This document shows positions 9,384-18,463 of a DNA stretch of 64,000 nucleotides, in pieces; positions within the stretch are counted from its first letter, which is position 1, and the number at the start of each line of letters is the position of its first letter. Made by a program: the position numbers and the translations under genes. Under the pieces are notes generated by a model. The model was not told where the DNA came from and did no database searches. It worked only from the letters and a program-made list of their open reading frames with translations. The DNA lies in the NCBI GenBank assembly GCA_035607285.1, contig DATNBZ010000239.1, forward strand, positions 2,194-66,193, in the 5' to 3' direction. The stretch comes from Blastocatellia bacterium. GTDB lineage: Bacteria; Acidobacteriota; Blastocatellia; UBA7656.

Positions 9384-9567
9384 CCTTTTGAGGTCTACGA
9401 CTGCTTTGAAGCTTGTAGGCGGCCAGTTTCGGGACGTTTGGCGGATTAAGTGATCTATTCCAATGCAATCACAATTCGGCCGGTCCTTTGTATGGCGGTA
9501 TCGGAAACCGTGAAATAACCGATACGCCCTGATTTGATTTTCTGAATTCCCAAAGGAGGTTTAGGCC

Positions 9568-11385
9568 ATGTGCAATCACGAAAAAAAGACTGCGATTGTG
9601 GTCTTGTCGCTGATGATGGTTATGGCATTAGTTGCTCCGGCGTTAGGACAACGCCGAGCTACGGTGCCGGTGGGTACGGTCATACCATTAAGGATGGATA
9701 CTTATCTGAGTTCGGAGTCTTCCCGGGTGGGTGACCGCTTTAGTGCGACAGTTCTTCGCCCGGCCGTAGTTGATGGCCGAGTAGTGGTCCCGGAAAACAC
9801 AAAGGTAGATGGACACGTCACGAGCGTGACTTCCACCGAGCGCGGGACCCGAGCAGGGACGCTTGCGGTGACGTTCGACAGAATGGTTCTTTCTCCCGGC
9901 GGGTCTGTTGCGATCGACGCCACGCTCACGCCGCTCAACGACGAATGGCGACGCAACGTTGAACGCGACGTCCGCTATCAGGAGGACGCTGCCCGGACTC
10001 GCCGCGCGGTGGTCTTCCTGGGCGTCGGTGAAGGAACTGATGCGATAATCGGAATACCCGAGAGGCGCACTGAGACTACAAGAGTGGGGTCGATACTTGG
10101 CAGCCTGCTGGGCAAGGGCTACAAAGCTGAAGTGCGACCCGGCGCCGAGTTCGGAATGATGGTCGAGCGCTCGTTCGAGGTTGAAGCGATCTCCCTTGCT
10201 CGTGATCGAAACTTCAATGACAACGATACGGGAGCGGCTTCTCAAACTGTTTTGACTTCGGCTGATTCCATTCGGGCCGCTCAAATCACTCTCAGAAGCA
10301 GGAACTACTACAACGGTCCAACGAATGGCGTGATGAATCAGGCAATGCGCGATGCGATTAACAGGTTCCAGCATGACCGTAACATCACAATAAGCGGGGA
10401 GTTGGACGTCGCGACAGCGCGAGCGCTTGGCATTCCAGTGGAAGTGGCCGGCGCACCCGCACAAACTGCATTCACTTCGGCAGAGTCAATTCGATTTGCT
10501 CAGATAAGTCTTAGGGATCGTGGCTACTATACGGGCCCGATCAATGGAGTGATGAATCAGCCCACGCGCAACGCGATTCGCCAGCTCCAGCGTGAACGCA
10601 ATCTCAACATGAGTGGTGAACTTGATCTAAGCACGGCACGCGAGCTTGGGATCGCCAGCGATTCCGGCATTGAGTCCGCGGCGATTGAAATCATGAACGC
10701 GCGCGCGGAACGCATCGGCCCAGGTTCGATTCGCATCAGCGCTGACTTGCACACTCAAGGCAGCGGCTGGCAGGTCTTTGTCAATCGGTTTGTGAGCGGC
10801 AACACATTGCACGTTTATGTGCGAGGAGTGGCGCCGCGATATCAGGCCGGCACGGCCGTTGATCAACATGCGTTCACTGAGACGTACACCGACTTGCCAA
10901 ATATAGCGCGGGTGATTATTCACGGTCCGCAGCGTGATTTCACGGCTGATCTGCTGCCTGGCGATCGAGGCGGCAATGTTGGCGCCGCGGGAATCGGCAA
11001 TCCTCGCCAGATCGCTCTTCTGGCAAATCGCCTGTTACAAGACTTTCAGCGCGAGCTGAACATGCGCAACAATCGCGGACAGGTGATCTTTGATACGCGG
11101 CGCGATTTCAGGCCCAGCGAGGTTGAAGTGCTTTTTCAGATAACGAGCTTGCAGGCGGCGGCTGAACTCTACAATCAGTTGACGACTTCAATAACTGACC
11201 CGGATGCAATCAAAGGCGCGGCCGGCGGGCTGATGAGACAAGCGCGGCTACTGGACCGGATTATGAGGCGCGACTCCCATCTGACCATGTCATCGATAGT
11301 GAGCGCCGACTGGCAGCAGTTGCAGGCGGAGCTTGCTCGAATCAGCGTAACTGACGTCAACCCGGATGGCGACATATTTCGCTAG
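9568..11385 (+). CDS. Secreted peptidoglycan-binding domain protein
   Basis: Signal peptide, TrbI/VirB10-like N-domain, two PG_binding_1-like repeats (YYxGPxNGVMNQ...FQ...GELD..TARxLG); AGGAGG RBS. Confidence 0.85.
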   Translation: MCNHEKKTAIVVLSLMMVMALVAPALGQRRATVPVGTVIPLRMDTYLSSESSRVGDRFSATVLRPAVVDGRVVVPENTKVDGHVTSVTSTERGTRAGTLAVTFDRMVLSPGGSVAIDATLTPLNDEWRRNVERDVRYQEDAARTRRAVVFLGVGEGTDAIIGIPERRTETTRVGSILGSLLGKGYKAEVRPGAEFGMMVERSFEVEAISLARDRNFNDNDTGAASQTVLTSADSIRAAQITLRSRNYYNGPTNGVMNQAMRDAINRFQHDRNITISGELDVATARALGIPVEVAGAPAQTAFTSAESIRFAQISLRDRGYYTGPINGVMNQPTRNAIRQLQRERNLNMSGELDLSTARELGIASDSGIESAAIEIMNARAERIGPGSIRISADLHTQGSGWQVFVNRFVSGNTLHVYVRGVAPRYQAGTAVDQHAFTETYTDLPNIARVIIHGPQRDFTADLLPGDRGGNVGAAGIGNPRQIALLANRLLQDFQRELNMRNNRGQVIFDTRRDFRPSEVEVLFQITSLQAAAELYNQLTTSITDPDAIKGAAGGLMRQARLLDRIMRRDSHLTMSSIVSADWQQLQAELARISVTDVNPDGDIFR

Positions 11386-11395
11386 CAGTGTTAAT

Positions 11396-11430
11396 GATGG
11401 GAGGAGATGAAATCTCCTCCCATCGTTTAG
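11396..11430 (+). terminator. Hairpin terminator
   Basis: gatgggaggagat-gaa-atctcctcccatc perfect stem just after the stop codon. Confidence 0.6.
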
Positions 11431-11578
11431 TTACGGAGTCAGATCATTTCTTCGAGGAGTGACGGCCAGGTCCGCGTCAAGAACTCAGACGCGCCGAATC
11501 TTTGTTAGTTCTCACCATCAGGAGTCCTTTACGCCGTCGGCGGCAGTTCAAGTCATACCGATGACTTATTCTCAAACT

Positions 11579-11621
11579 TGTCCTTTATTGCACTGAAAGC
11601 CATGCGCGCTGAGCCTATCAT
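11579..11621 (+). promoter_or_regulatory. Putative Crp-paralog box plus -10
   Basis: TGTCC-tttatt-GCACT at 11579-11594; TATCAT at 11616. Confidence 0.65.
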
Positions 11622-11647
11622 ATAGGGAAGCACGGTTTCGGGCAGAC

Positions 11648-11842
11648 GTGTCGAGGTCTGGAGATGCTGAGATGATGGAAGTTACCGGATTAGGGATGGG
11701 GCTTGTAATGACCGGGGTTGCGGTGGCAATGGGCGGGCTCATGCTCGAAGCTACGCTCCTGGTGCTCCGCAGAAGAATTCGAGTGACGACGCTCATCGCA
11801 ACACTTGAGCCTGCCACCGTCCAGTTGATTACTGGCGCGTGA
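11648..11842 (+). CDS. Small membrane hypothetical protein
   Basis: Hydrophobic ORF directly downstream of the predicted promoter; start likely at an internal ATG. Confidence 0.5.
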   Translation: MSRSGDAEMMEVTGLGMGLVMTGVAVAMGGLMLEATLLVLRRRIRVTTLIATLEPATVQLITGA

Positions 11843-11921
11843 GAGTCAGGTTAGAGCGCGCTCGACGAGCGTCCGAGGCCTCACAACAAACCTGATAATA
11901 AGAAGGTTCCTGAAGGGAGAC

Positions 11922-12218
11922 ATGAAAATGAAGCCAAAGATAACGCAGGTGCTGCTAGCAACAGCGGCAGTGATCATGTTCGCGTTGGCGGCGCCGATGG
12001 CGATTGCCCAGCAGGACAAACCTGGTAAGCCTTCGGCTACGGGCCAAATGAAGGAAAGCGGCAGGGAAGCAGGCAGAGCAGGAAAGAGCCTCGGCCACAA
12101 CTTCAAGCACGGCCGCCTTCGCCGCGGAGGCAAGCGCTTCGGCAAACATATTGGTTACGCCGGCAGGCACGTGGGACGTGGGACAAAGCACGCGTATAAG
12201 ACAGCGGTAAAGCCATAA
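11922..12218 (+). CDS. Small secreted basic protein
   Basis: GGGAGA RBS, signal peptide, Gly/Lys/Arg-rich repeats. Confidence 0.7.
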   Translation: MKMKPKITQVLLATAAVIMFALAAPMAIAQQDKPGKPSATGQMKESGREAGRAGKSLGHNFKHGRLRRGGKRFGKHIGYAGRHVGRGTKHAYKTAVKP

Positions 12219-12463
12219 TCAAACTGTGTTTTTCGGGGAGGCGCCGTACTCACCAGTGGACCACGGCGCTTCTCGACGCCGGCTATCAACTCGCCCTGGC
12301 TTATCAAACTCACCAATCGTCAGGGTCGCACCGTTGCGCTCCTGAACGAAGAAAGGAGAGCACTTCATGAACACGTCCCCACCAACGGAAGTGAGATGAT
12401 CAGGGCGATCCGAATCCGCCGGCCGTGCAACCGCAAGCCAGGCAGGTGTTCACAAGGAGAGTT

Positions 12464-12991
12464 ATGAGTGTAGAAGTCGACAAGAGCAATGTGTTGTTAG
12501 ACGAAGAGCGCAGACTCGCTTCGCATCAGGAGGTCAAGGCCTCGATCGATGACGATGTGAACGCGCGTATCAAGCAGGAGTCAGCACGTGTCAAGCCGGA
12601 GGAATCGGCCGAAGTGGCCGGCGTTGCCAGCGCGCTAAAACGCAAATCGGTGCACGAAGCCGTGAGTACCGAACGAGAGCTCGGGCGCGGCAGGGCCGCG
12701 GCGCGGATTTCACAGGTGGTCGATTATGTCTTTTACATAATTTATGGTTTGATCGCACTGGAGTTCCTGCTGGGCTTGATGGGTGCGCGGTCCGGCAATG
12801 GCTTCGTTCAGTTCATCGGAGCGCTAACTCGACCGCTGCTTGCGCCGTTCGAGCGCATTGTGGGAACTCCGTCGTCCGGAGCGTTTCAGGTTCGGATCTC
12901 CTACTTGTTCGCGCTTATTGTGTACGTTCTGATTCATCTCGCAATCAATGGCGCGTTTCGCTTAGTCGCGCACCGCAAGGTAACAGTGTAA
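12464..12991 (+). CDS. YggT family membrane protein
   Basis: AAGGAG RBS; C-terminal LMGA...FVQFIGALTRPLLAPF. Confidence 0.8.
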   Translation: MSVEVDKSNVLLDEERRLASHQEVKASIDDDVNARIKQESARVKPEESAEVAGVASALKRKSVHEAVSTERELGRGRAAARISQVVDYVFYIIYGLIALEFLLGLMGARSGNGFVQFIGALTRPLLAPFERIVGTPSSGAFQVRISYLFALIVYVLIHLAINGAFRLVAHRKVTV

Positions 12992-13036
12992 GAGATGATG
13001 CGATCGGCGTTCGCCGGCTGCATACAGGGAGAAACC

Positions 13037-13660
13037 ATGCGATACCGATCAAGATCGATTATTTCTGCAGCACTCACGGTGCTGCTTATCGCGGGCGCGG
13101 CGTATTATTTCTACGGCTACCGCAATCGAGACATCTCGTCGGACTTCAACGCGGCAAAGGAGTACACCGAGGACGCGGCGACAACCAGCGCCGTCAAGAG
13201 CGCCCTCGCTTTGAATAAGAAGAGCTCCTCTTTCGACATTCACGTTAACTCGATCGATAGTCCCGGCAAGAGTGGCAATGATGTGACTCTAACCGGGCAC
13301 GTGCCTTCCGAGGAGGACAAACGCGAAGTGGAAGCGATCGCGCGCGGCACAAAAGGCGTCGACAACGTTGTGAACAATCTCGAGGTCGATCCGAAGACCC
13401 AATCCGCCAATGCCGAAAAGCAATTCGTCCCCGACCTCGAAATAAAGGCAGCGGTGCTTCAGTCCATCCTCAACAACCCGGCCCTGAAGTCTCAGCAGAT
13501 CAAGGTTGATGTTAACAACGGTGAAGTAAAGCTAAGCGGCAGTGTTGGAAGCTCAGCACAGAAGACTGCAGCCGAAGCGGCTGCTCGAGGGATCACGAAT
13601 GTGCGTGACGTCGATTCCAATGCGTTGGCCGTGACAACCGCCGGAGCGGGACAACCATGA
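13037..13660 (+). CDS. Dual BON domain (OsmY-like) protein
   Basis: DAATTSAVKSAL...VTLTGHV...GVDNVVNNL, followed by a second BON. Confidence 0.88.
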   Translation: MRYRSRSIISAALTVLLIAGAAYYFYGYRNRDISSDFNAAKEYTEDAATTSAVKSALALNKKSSSFDIHVNSIDSPGKSGNDVTLTGHVPSEEDKREVEAIARGTKGVDNVVNNLEVDPKTQSANAEKQFVPDLEIKAAVLQSILNNPALKSQQIKVDVNNGEVKLSGSVGSSAQKTAAEAAARGITNVRDVDSNALAVTTAGAGQP

Positions 13661-13833
13661 AGGTGCGTCTGATCAAGCCGGGTATCTCGGCGGCACCCGA
13701 GAAACAAGAAGACTCGCCGGCCAAGGTTCCAATCATCGACACCATTCAATCATGGGTGCGCGAGTTTCGATCCAGGAAAACCGATAAATCACTTCTGGAC
13801 TTCAAGCGAATAAGGAATCTGGGGAAAAGATAA
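13657..13833 (+). CDS. Small hypothetical protein (not in ORF track)
   Basis: ATGA overlap with the BON gene; 58 aa MKVRLIKPG...IQSWVREFRSRK. Confidence 0.6.
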   Translation: MKVRLIKPGISAAPEKQEDSPAKVPIIDTIQSWVREFRSRKTDKSLLDFKRIRNLGKR

Positions 13834-13850
13834 AAAGACTGTATAGACTC

Positions 13851-14146
13851 GTGTGACTAAAAGTGGGACCCCGGGAGCGAACCGCCCGCGACTCTTCGCG
13901 GAGGAAGTGTCCTGAGAATTCCCTGGAACCCCGTAGGGGTAAAATGTCTATAGTTGGCGAGTTCCCTATGTTGCCAACCCCGCAGGGGTGAAATGTACCT
14001 GCGCTCAACTGTATGCCGCTCCTAACGGAGCCAGGAAATCCAGGTCGGCAGTCCGTAACTATAAACATCGCACCCCTACGGGGTTGCCGGGTCGGAACGC
14101 TCGATTCACTGCTCTGAGTTGCTGGTGACCTAAGTCCCACCCAAGT
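13851..14146 (+). repeat. About 295-bp composite REP/MITE-like element, copy 1
   Basis: Highly similar to 54265-54558; contains accccgtaggggt palindromes and cacccctacgggg. Confidence 0.85.
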
Positions 14147-14246
14147 CCGACTGATATGTGAACTCCTAATCACACTCGCCGTAGACTGTCCGGTCTGCGC
14201 TTGCTTGCGGGTGTGCGTCACCTTTGCGTTTGATTCGGGGGATTGC

Positions 14247-14537
14247 TCATTCACCGATTCCGTTCCTGGAAAGCAGTTCTTTGTTGATCGCCTGAATTAG
14301 ATCGAAATAAGGAAGCTTGCGGAAGTTGTGATCGAAGAGATAACGAACGTTATTCCAGAGCGCTTCCCGGGTTGTGTAGCCCGCAGGCAGTACGCCGTCG
14401 CGGGGATCATCAAATCCCAACTCCATGCGGAGCGGGACCAGCAGCTCTCTCAGCAACGCGTCTTCATCATCGGTCGCGGCTCTTGCTCTGACTTGCTGGC
14501 ATAATGATGCGAAGCCCTCTCGGTTAATATTCGTCAC
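14247..14537 (-). CDS. Hypothetical protein
   Basis: 96 aa with AGGAG RBS upstream of GTG. Confidence 0.6.
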   Translation of the reverse strand: MTNINREGFASLCQQVRARAATDDEDALLRELLVPLRMELGFDDPRDGVLPAGYTTREALWNNVRYLFDHNFRKLPYFDLIQAINKELLSRNGIGE

Positions 14538-14672
14538 CGCGTTCTCCTAACATCCGCCTCATACCTCTACAACATGGTTCGACATCGGTTCGCTGCTGAC
14601 AAGAGTAACGTCAGGGATATTGGATTGTTCGGTTCCACACGAGAAACCGCCTCGAGGGAGAGGGCAAAGGCT

Positions 14673-14858
14673 TCAGGTGCTATCTGAATGTGAGTGACGA
14701 ACGATTCGAAGTTGAATCGGGGCATTGATGATATTCAACTCGTCTCTCAGTACTTGAGAAGCCTTGAGTTGGTCATCGCCAACTTCAAACAGGGGCCGCC
14801 ACTCTGAGGACCTGAGAGGATTGTTGACTTCGAAGCGCCAGTGCGTCTGCTGTTCCAT
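14673..14858 (-). CDS. Small hypothetical protein
   Basis: 61 aa, directly downstream of the predicted leftward Crp-type promoter. Confidence 0.5.
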   Translation of the reverse strand: MEQQTHWRFEVNNPLRSSEWRPLFEVGDDQLKASQVLRDELNIINAPIQLRIVRHSHSDST

Positions 14859-14879
14859 AGTAATACCCGAAACCGCTTT

Positions 14880-15018
14880 ATGGTACAGAGTCAGTTCTAA
14901 CGAGTCTGTTCAAAATGATACAGAAGTGAAAATATTTCTGCGGAAACTGATCGTCCTCTCTCCTGAACGTGAACCGGTCTCCTATTGAACAGAAAGTTGT
15001 ACGGCGTGGTGATAAGTT
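14880..15018. promoter_or_regulatory. Back-to-back Crp-paralog class II promoters
   Basis: TGTTC-aaaatg-ATACA at 14907-14922 with minus-strand TACCAT at 14885-14880; GGTCT-cctatt-GAACA at 14976-14991 with TAAGTT at 15013. Confidence 0.6.
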
Positions 15019-15057
15019 GATCCAGAGGGCTGTAACTTTTGTCCGCAGGAGGAAACC

Positions 15058-15198
15058 ATGAGTATTGAAGAGAGAATCGGTCAGGCTGTTACGACGCTGA
15101 ATGAAGAGGAATCCAAGGAGTTCGACTGGCAATCCAACAGAGACGACGAGAATCCGAAAGACCTGCCCTGGCCGGAAGAAAATGAATCGAAGGAGTAG
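15058..15198 (+). CDS. Small acidic protein (not in ORF track)
   Basis: AGGAGG RBS; MSIEERIGQAVTTLNEEESKEFDWQSNRDDENPKDLPWPEENESKE*, 46 aa. Confidence 0.65.
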   Translation: MSIEERIGQAVTTLNEEESKEFDWQSNRDDENPKDLPWPEENESKE

Positions 15199-15479
15199 CT
15201 CACCTACCCGAGACATTTGGCAACGTAATTGCTCTGATGTTTACGGCGTCGGCTGAGAGACAAAGAAAAATTCGACATTTGTTGGGCGCCTGCGTCTTTG
15301 AACGAAGTACGCGATTCACAACAGTGTTTTGATTTGCGCCGGTTGTGTTTGACTTTGCTGCGTTCAGGCGTCGACGAAAGTACATGCGTTCTGACGTTGT
15401 TCGACAGGCGAATGCTTGCCGTTGAGTGTCGTCTGGTCGATCGCGGGGATATCACTGAAAACAAATTCAGAGGAGCAAT

Positions 15480-15833
15480 ATGGATCAAATGAACAGTAGC
15501 AATAGTCTCACAGGTAATGAGGATGGTTACGGGTCACGAGGCGGATCACAGCCTGCGGGTGTATCACTCGATACAATCAAGGAAGCTGTTGCCGACAAGT
15601 TACACGCCGCCGCGGGAGCAATTCAACAGAAGGCCGGACAGAAGCAGCTAGACCAGGGCGGCTACATCGGGCAGGCCGCGGGATGGCTCGACAATGCAGC
15701 AGAGTACGTTCGCGACGTAGACCCGCAAAGGGTTAAGTCGGATCTTCAAAGACAAGTGCGAAGCAATCCCGGGCGCAGCCTGCTCATAGCCGGAGCTGCC
15801 GGGCTTTTTCTTGGCATTCTACTGCGGAGGTGA
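15480..15833 (+). CDS. DUF883/ElaB-like tail-anchored protein
   Basis: C-terminal VRSNPGRSLLIAGAAGLFLGILLRR. Confidence 0.8.
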   Translation: MDQMNSSNSLTGNEDGYGSRGGSQPAGVSLDTIKEAVADKLHAAAGAIQQKAGQKQLDQGGYIGQAAGWLDNAAEYVRDVDPQRVKSDLQRQVRSNPGRSLLIAGAAGLFLGILLRR

Positions 15834-16258
15834 CCGGTATGGAGACGCGAAGAGGATTCGAAAGAAGAATCGAGGCGAGTATTCCGCGAGAATCGTTCGG
15901 CGAGTTGCTAAGTCAATTGGCGACCAACTCCGCGGCCCTGGTCCGTGATGAGATCCAACTGGCACGGCAGGAGCTGAGCGATAAACTCAGCGAATTTCGC
16001 TCTGGCATCCTGGTCCTAGCAGTCGGAGCGATAATCGCGTTCGTCGCCACCCTGGCGCTAACGGCCGCGGCAATCATCGGGCTGGCTCATTATGTCGGTC
16101 CTGGTTATTCGGCTCTCATCATTGGCGCGGCGCTCGCGATTGCCGGGGGCATAACGGCTTCCGCGGGAATGGTCCAGGTAAAGCGCATCAACCTTGCGCC
16201 AAAACAAACGATCGAGACACTCGAGGAGGATAAGGAATGGCTGAAAGAACTAACCTAG
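15830..16258 (+). CDS. Holin-X/YhjD-like phage holin family protein
   Basis: SFGELL...LVRDEIQLARQE, two TMs, PKQTIETLEED. Confidence 0.85.
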   Translation: MTGMETRRGFERRIEASIPRESFGELLSQLATNSAALVRDEIQLARQELSDKLSEFRSGILVLAVGAIIAFVATLALTAAAIIGLAHYVGPGYSALIIGAALAIAGGITASAGMVQVKRINLAPKQTIETLEEDKEWLKELT

Positions 16259-16785
16259 CAACTCAACCTGGCTTTCAGGACACGACAGTGGATCGAAGCG
16301 CATTCGCGATTCGTCAGGACATAGCTGCCAAGCGAGAGTCTATTTCCGAGACGGTAGACAAGCTTGGCGATCGCCTGCAGCAAACTTTTGACTGGCACGA
16401 ATACGTCGCCGCATATCCGGTTGTCGCCCTGGGGTTGGCTGCTGGAGCCGGTTTCCTGATAGCAGGCGCCTTCAAGCGAAAGCCAACGCCACAAGAGCGC
16501 ATTCACGAGGCAGTTGCTGAACTCACTGAGGACCTGGCTGACCGCGTGGGTGGCGTCATGGCGGGAGTGATACAGAAAAAGATGTTCTCGGGCGGTGCAG
16601 TGAAAGCGGCAGCGACAACGATACTCGCAAAGGTGGCGGTAGATTTTCTAAAGAGCCGGCCAGGTGGCGCGATGGCCGGAGACAACTCGAGACCGGGACA
16701 GCCACAATCCCGGTACAGCGCGCCGCGCAATTCCGATATGAATGTTCAACCGGGCAGCTTCTCTACGACCGGTAGCAGGGGCTGA
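16237..16785 (+). CDS. DUF3618-like protein
   Basis: IRQDIAAKRESISETVDKL followed by P..ALGLAAGAGFL. Confidence 0.75.
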   Translation: MAERTNLATQPGFQDTTVDRSAFAIRQDIAAKRESISETVDKLGDRLQQTFDWHEYVAAYPVVALGLAAGAGFLIAGAFKRKPTPQERIHEAVAELTEDLADRVGGVMAGVIQKKMFSGGAVKAAATTILAKVAVDFLKSRPGGAMAGDNSRPGQPQSRYSAPRNSDMNVQPGSFSTTGSRG

Positions 16786-16811
16786 CATTAATCTATCAAA
16801 GGGGAAAATAC

Positions 16812-17213
16812 ATGGAATCGAACAAGAACATAGCAGAGCAGGCCAAACCAGGCGGTACTCCTAATAAGCCCGTTTCCAGCGGCGCGTCGGGTCCGGCGAG
16901 CAGCGCGACCCAACGCGCGCGCGAGGTCGCCTCCGATGTCGGCAGCGGCGTCCAGAACGCTTACGACCAGACGGTGAAAGCTGTAAGCGACGCTTACGAC
17001 AAGACCAGCGAAGCAGTAGCGAACACCTACGATCAAACAATGACCTACGGACGCGAGAATCCCGGCAAGCTGACGATGATCGCGTTTGGCGCGGGCATCG
17101 GAATAGGCATACTTCTGGCTTCCGGGCTTAGCGGCGGTCGAAGCCGAAACACCCGTTTCGCAGAACCGATCGTGTCGGCGCTTTCGCAAGTCGCTCTCGA
17201 GTTGTTTAGATAA
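16812..17213 (+). CDS. DUF883-like membrane-anchored protein
   Basis: 11-aa AYDQT repeats followed by RENPG..MIAFGAGIGIGILL. Confidence 0.75.
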   Translation: MESNKNIAEQAKPGGTPNKPVSSGASGPASSATQRAREVASDVGSGVQNAYDQTVKAVSDAYDKTSEAVANTYDQTMTYGRENPGKLTMIAFGAGIGIGILLASGLSGGRSRNTRFAEPIVSALSQVALELFR

Positions 17214-17242
17214 CGAAGAATCGGCTTATTAAGACTGACAAC

Positions 17243-17281
17243 CAAGCCACAGGGGCTCTGCCTCTGTGGCTTGCTCGATTT
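17243..17281 (+). terminator. Hairpin terminator
   Basis: caagccacaggggc-tct-gcctctgtggcttg stem after the operon. Confidence 0.55.
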
Positions 17282-17423
17282 GGCACTTGATCTCTTCGAT
17301 TGCGCGATCGCGTATTGTCTCGCCTTTATCCTGCTTCAACTGGCTGTGCGAATATCACCTTCGCATGTTCGTTTTCTCGAGGGGGATGACGTTGATAGTG
17401 GTTCAGTCTGTGGCGCGGACCCC

Positions 17424-17508
17424 AATTAACCGCTGATTTTGCGCCGCCTTCGGTACGCTGATTCACGCAGATCAGCGAAACGCAGTCAGCGAAAATCAGC
17501 GGTTAATT
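17424..17508. repeat. Short-period hairpin element
   Basis: aattaaccgctgatttt...aaaatcagcggttaatt terminal inverted repeat. Confidence 0.7.
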
Positions 17509-17580
17509 CTTTCTTGGTGCTTGAAAGAGTCCGGCCTGAACCACTATTACCGATGATTTCAGCCCTCTAAATTGGATAAT

Positions 17581-17623
17581 TGTCCAATATTGCACAGCGC
17601 CGTCTTCATCGGGAGTTTATACT
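17581..17623 (+). promoter_or_regulatory. Putative Crp-paralog box plus -10 upstream of crp paralog 2
   Basis: TGTCC-aatatt-GCACA at 17581-17596; TATACT at 17618. Confidence 0.72.
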
Positions 17624-17680
17624 AGGGTAGTCGTTAGCATTAGCAGTAGAAAAGCCAATCGGCGAACGGACGGAAGAGGA

Positions 17681-18361
17681 ATGATTCAGCAGACTCCGCA
17701 CGCAGATCAATTCAAAGAACAGATGCAAGGGTCCTTGCTCAGTGAAACGAAGAACTCGAGCCCCATCAAGATCGGCAAGCACAATCATGTTTACACGGTT
17801 GGCGACGAACGCGAGACGGTGTACTTCATCGAAAAGGGTCAGATCAAGCTGGTAATGGTTTCCGAAGAAGGCAAGGAATGCATGCTTGCGATCCACGGCG
17901 CGGGAGATGTTTTCGGCGAGCTATGCCTGTCCGGGCTTGGGGCCCGGCTCGAAACCGCGACCGCAATGGAAGACTCATTCCTGAAAGAGATTCCGTGCGG
18001 CAAGTTTCTCGGGCGCCTGGCTACAGACAATCTTCTCGAAGGCTTCATCAAGTATCTGGCCGTTCGGATTGCGGACCAGCAACAGGTCATCGCCAACCTC
18101 GTCACGGTTGATAGTGAGCAACGCCTGGGGAAGACTCTGTTGCAAATCGCCAAAAAGCTCGGCAAGAAAGACCCGCGGAGCATTCGCATCGAGGTCAAGA
18201 TTTCTCACGAAGAATTAGCCGCTATGGTAGGCACTACGCGGCCGCGGATCAGCGTATTCATGCAGCGGTTCCGCAACCTCGACCTCATCGAATACAACAG
18301 TGAGCACCATCTGATCATCAAGGAACACAAGCTCACTGCTTACCTGTCTTCAATCCTCTAG
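17681..18361 (+). CDS. Crp/Fnr family transcriptional regulator (paralog 2)
   Basis: 226 aa, colinear with paralog 1; FGELCL and GTTRPRIS. Confidence 0.93.
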   Translation: MIQQTPHADQFKEQMQGSLLSETKNSSPIKIGKHNHVYTVGDERETVYFIEKGQIKLVMVSEEGKECMLAIHGAGDVFGELCLSGLGARLETATAMEDSFLKEIPCGKFLGRLATDNLLEGFIKYLAVRIADQQQVIANLVTVDSEQRLGKTLLQIAKKLGKKDPRSIRIEVKISHEELAAMVGTTRPRISVFMQRFRNLDLIEYNSEHHLIIKEHKLTAYLSSIL

Positions 18362-18463
18362 CTAATGTGTTAAATTACTGGTCCTGAATTTTCAGGGCCG
18401 ACTTCAGAGGGGAAACGACCGGCGCCTCTCACCAATCTCGAAAGGTTTACGACAAGTTCTGCT

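Noticed and set aside
12368-12400. 10-codon ORF with a strong RBS upstream of the YggT gene
   Set aside because: Too short to support; could be a leader peptide or a remnant, but there is no further evidence.
15830-16258. Holin as evidence of a prophage
   Set aside because: Holin-X/DUF3618/DUF883 clusters are common chromosomal stress loci; there is no endolysin, integrase or structural gene.
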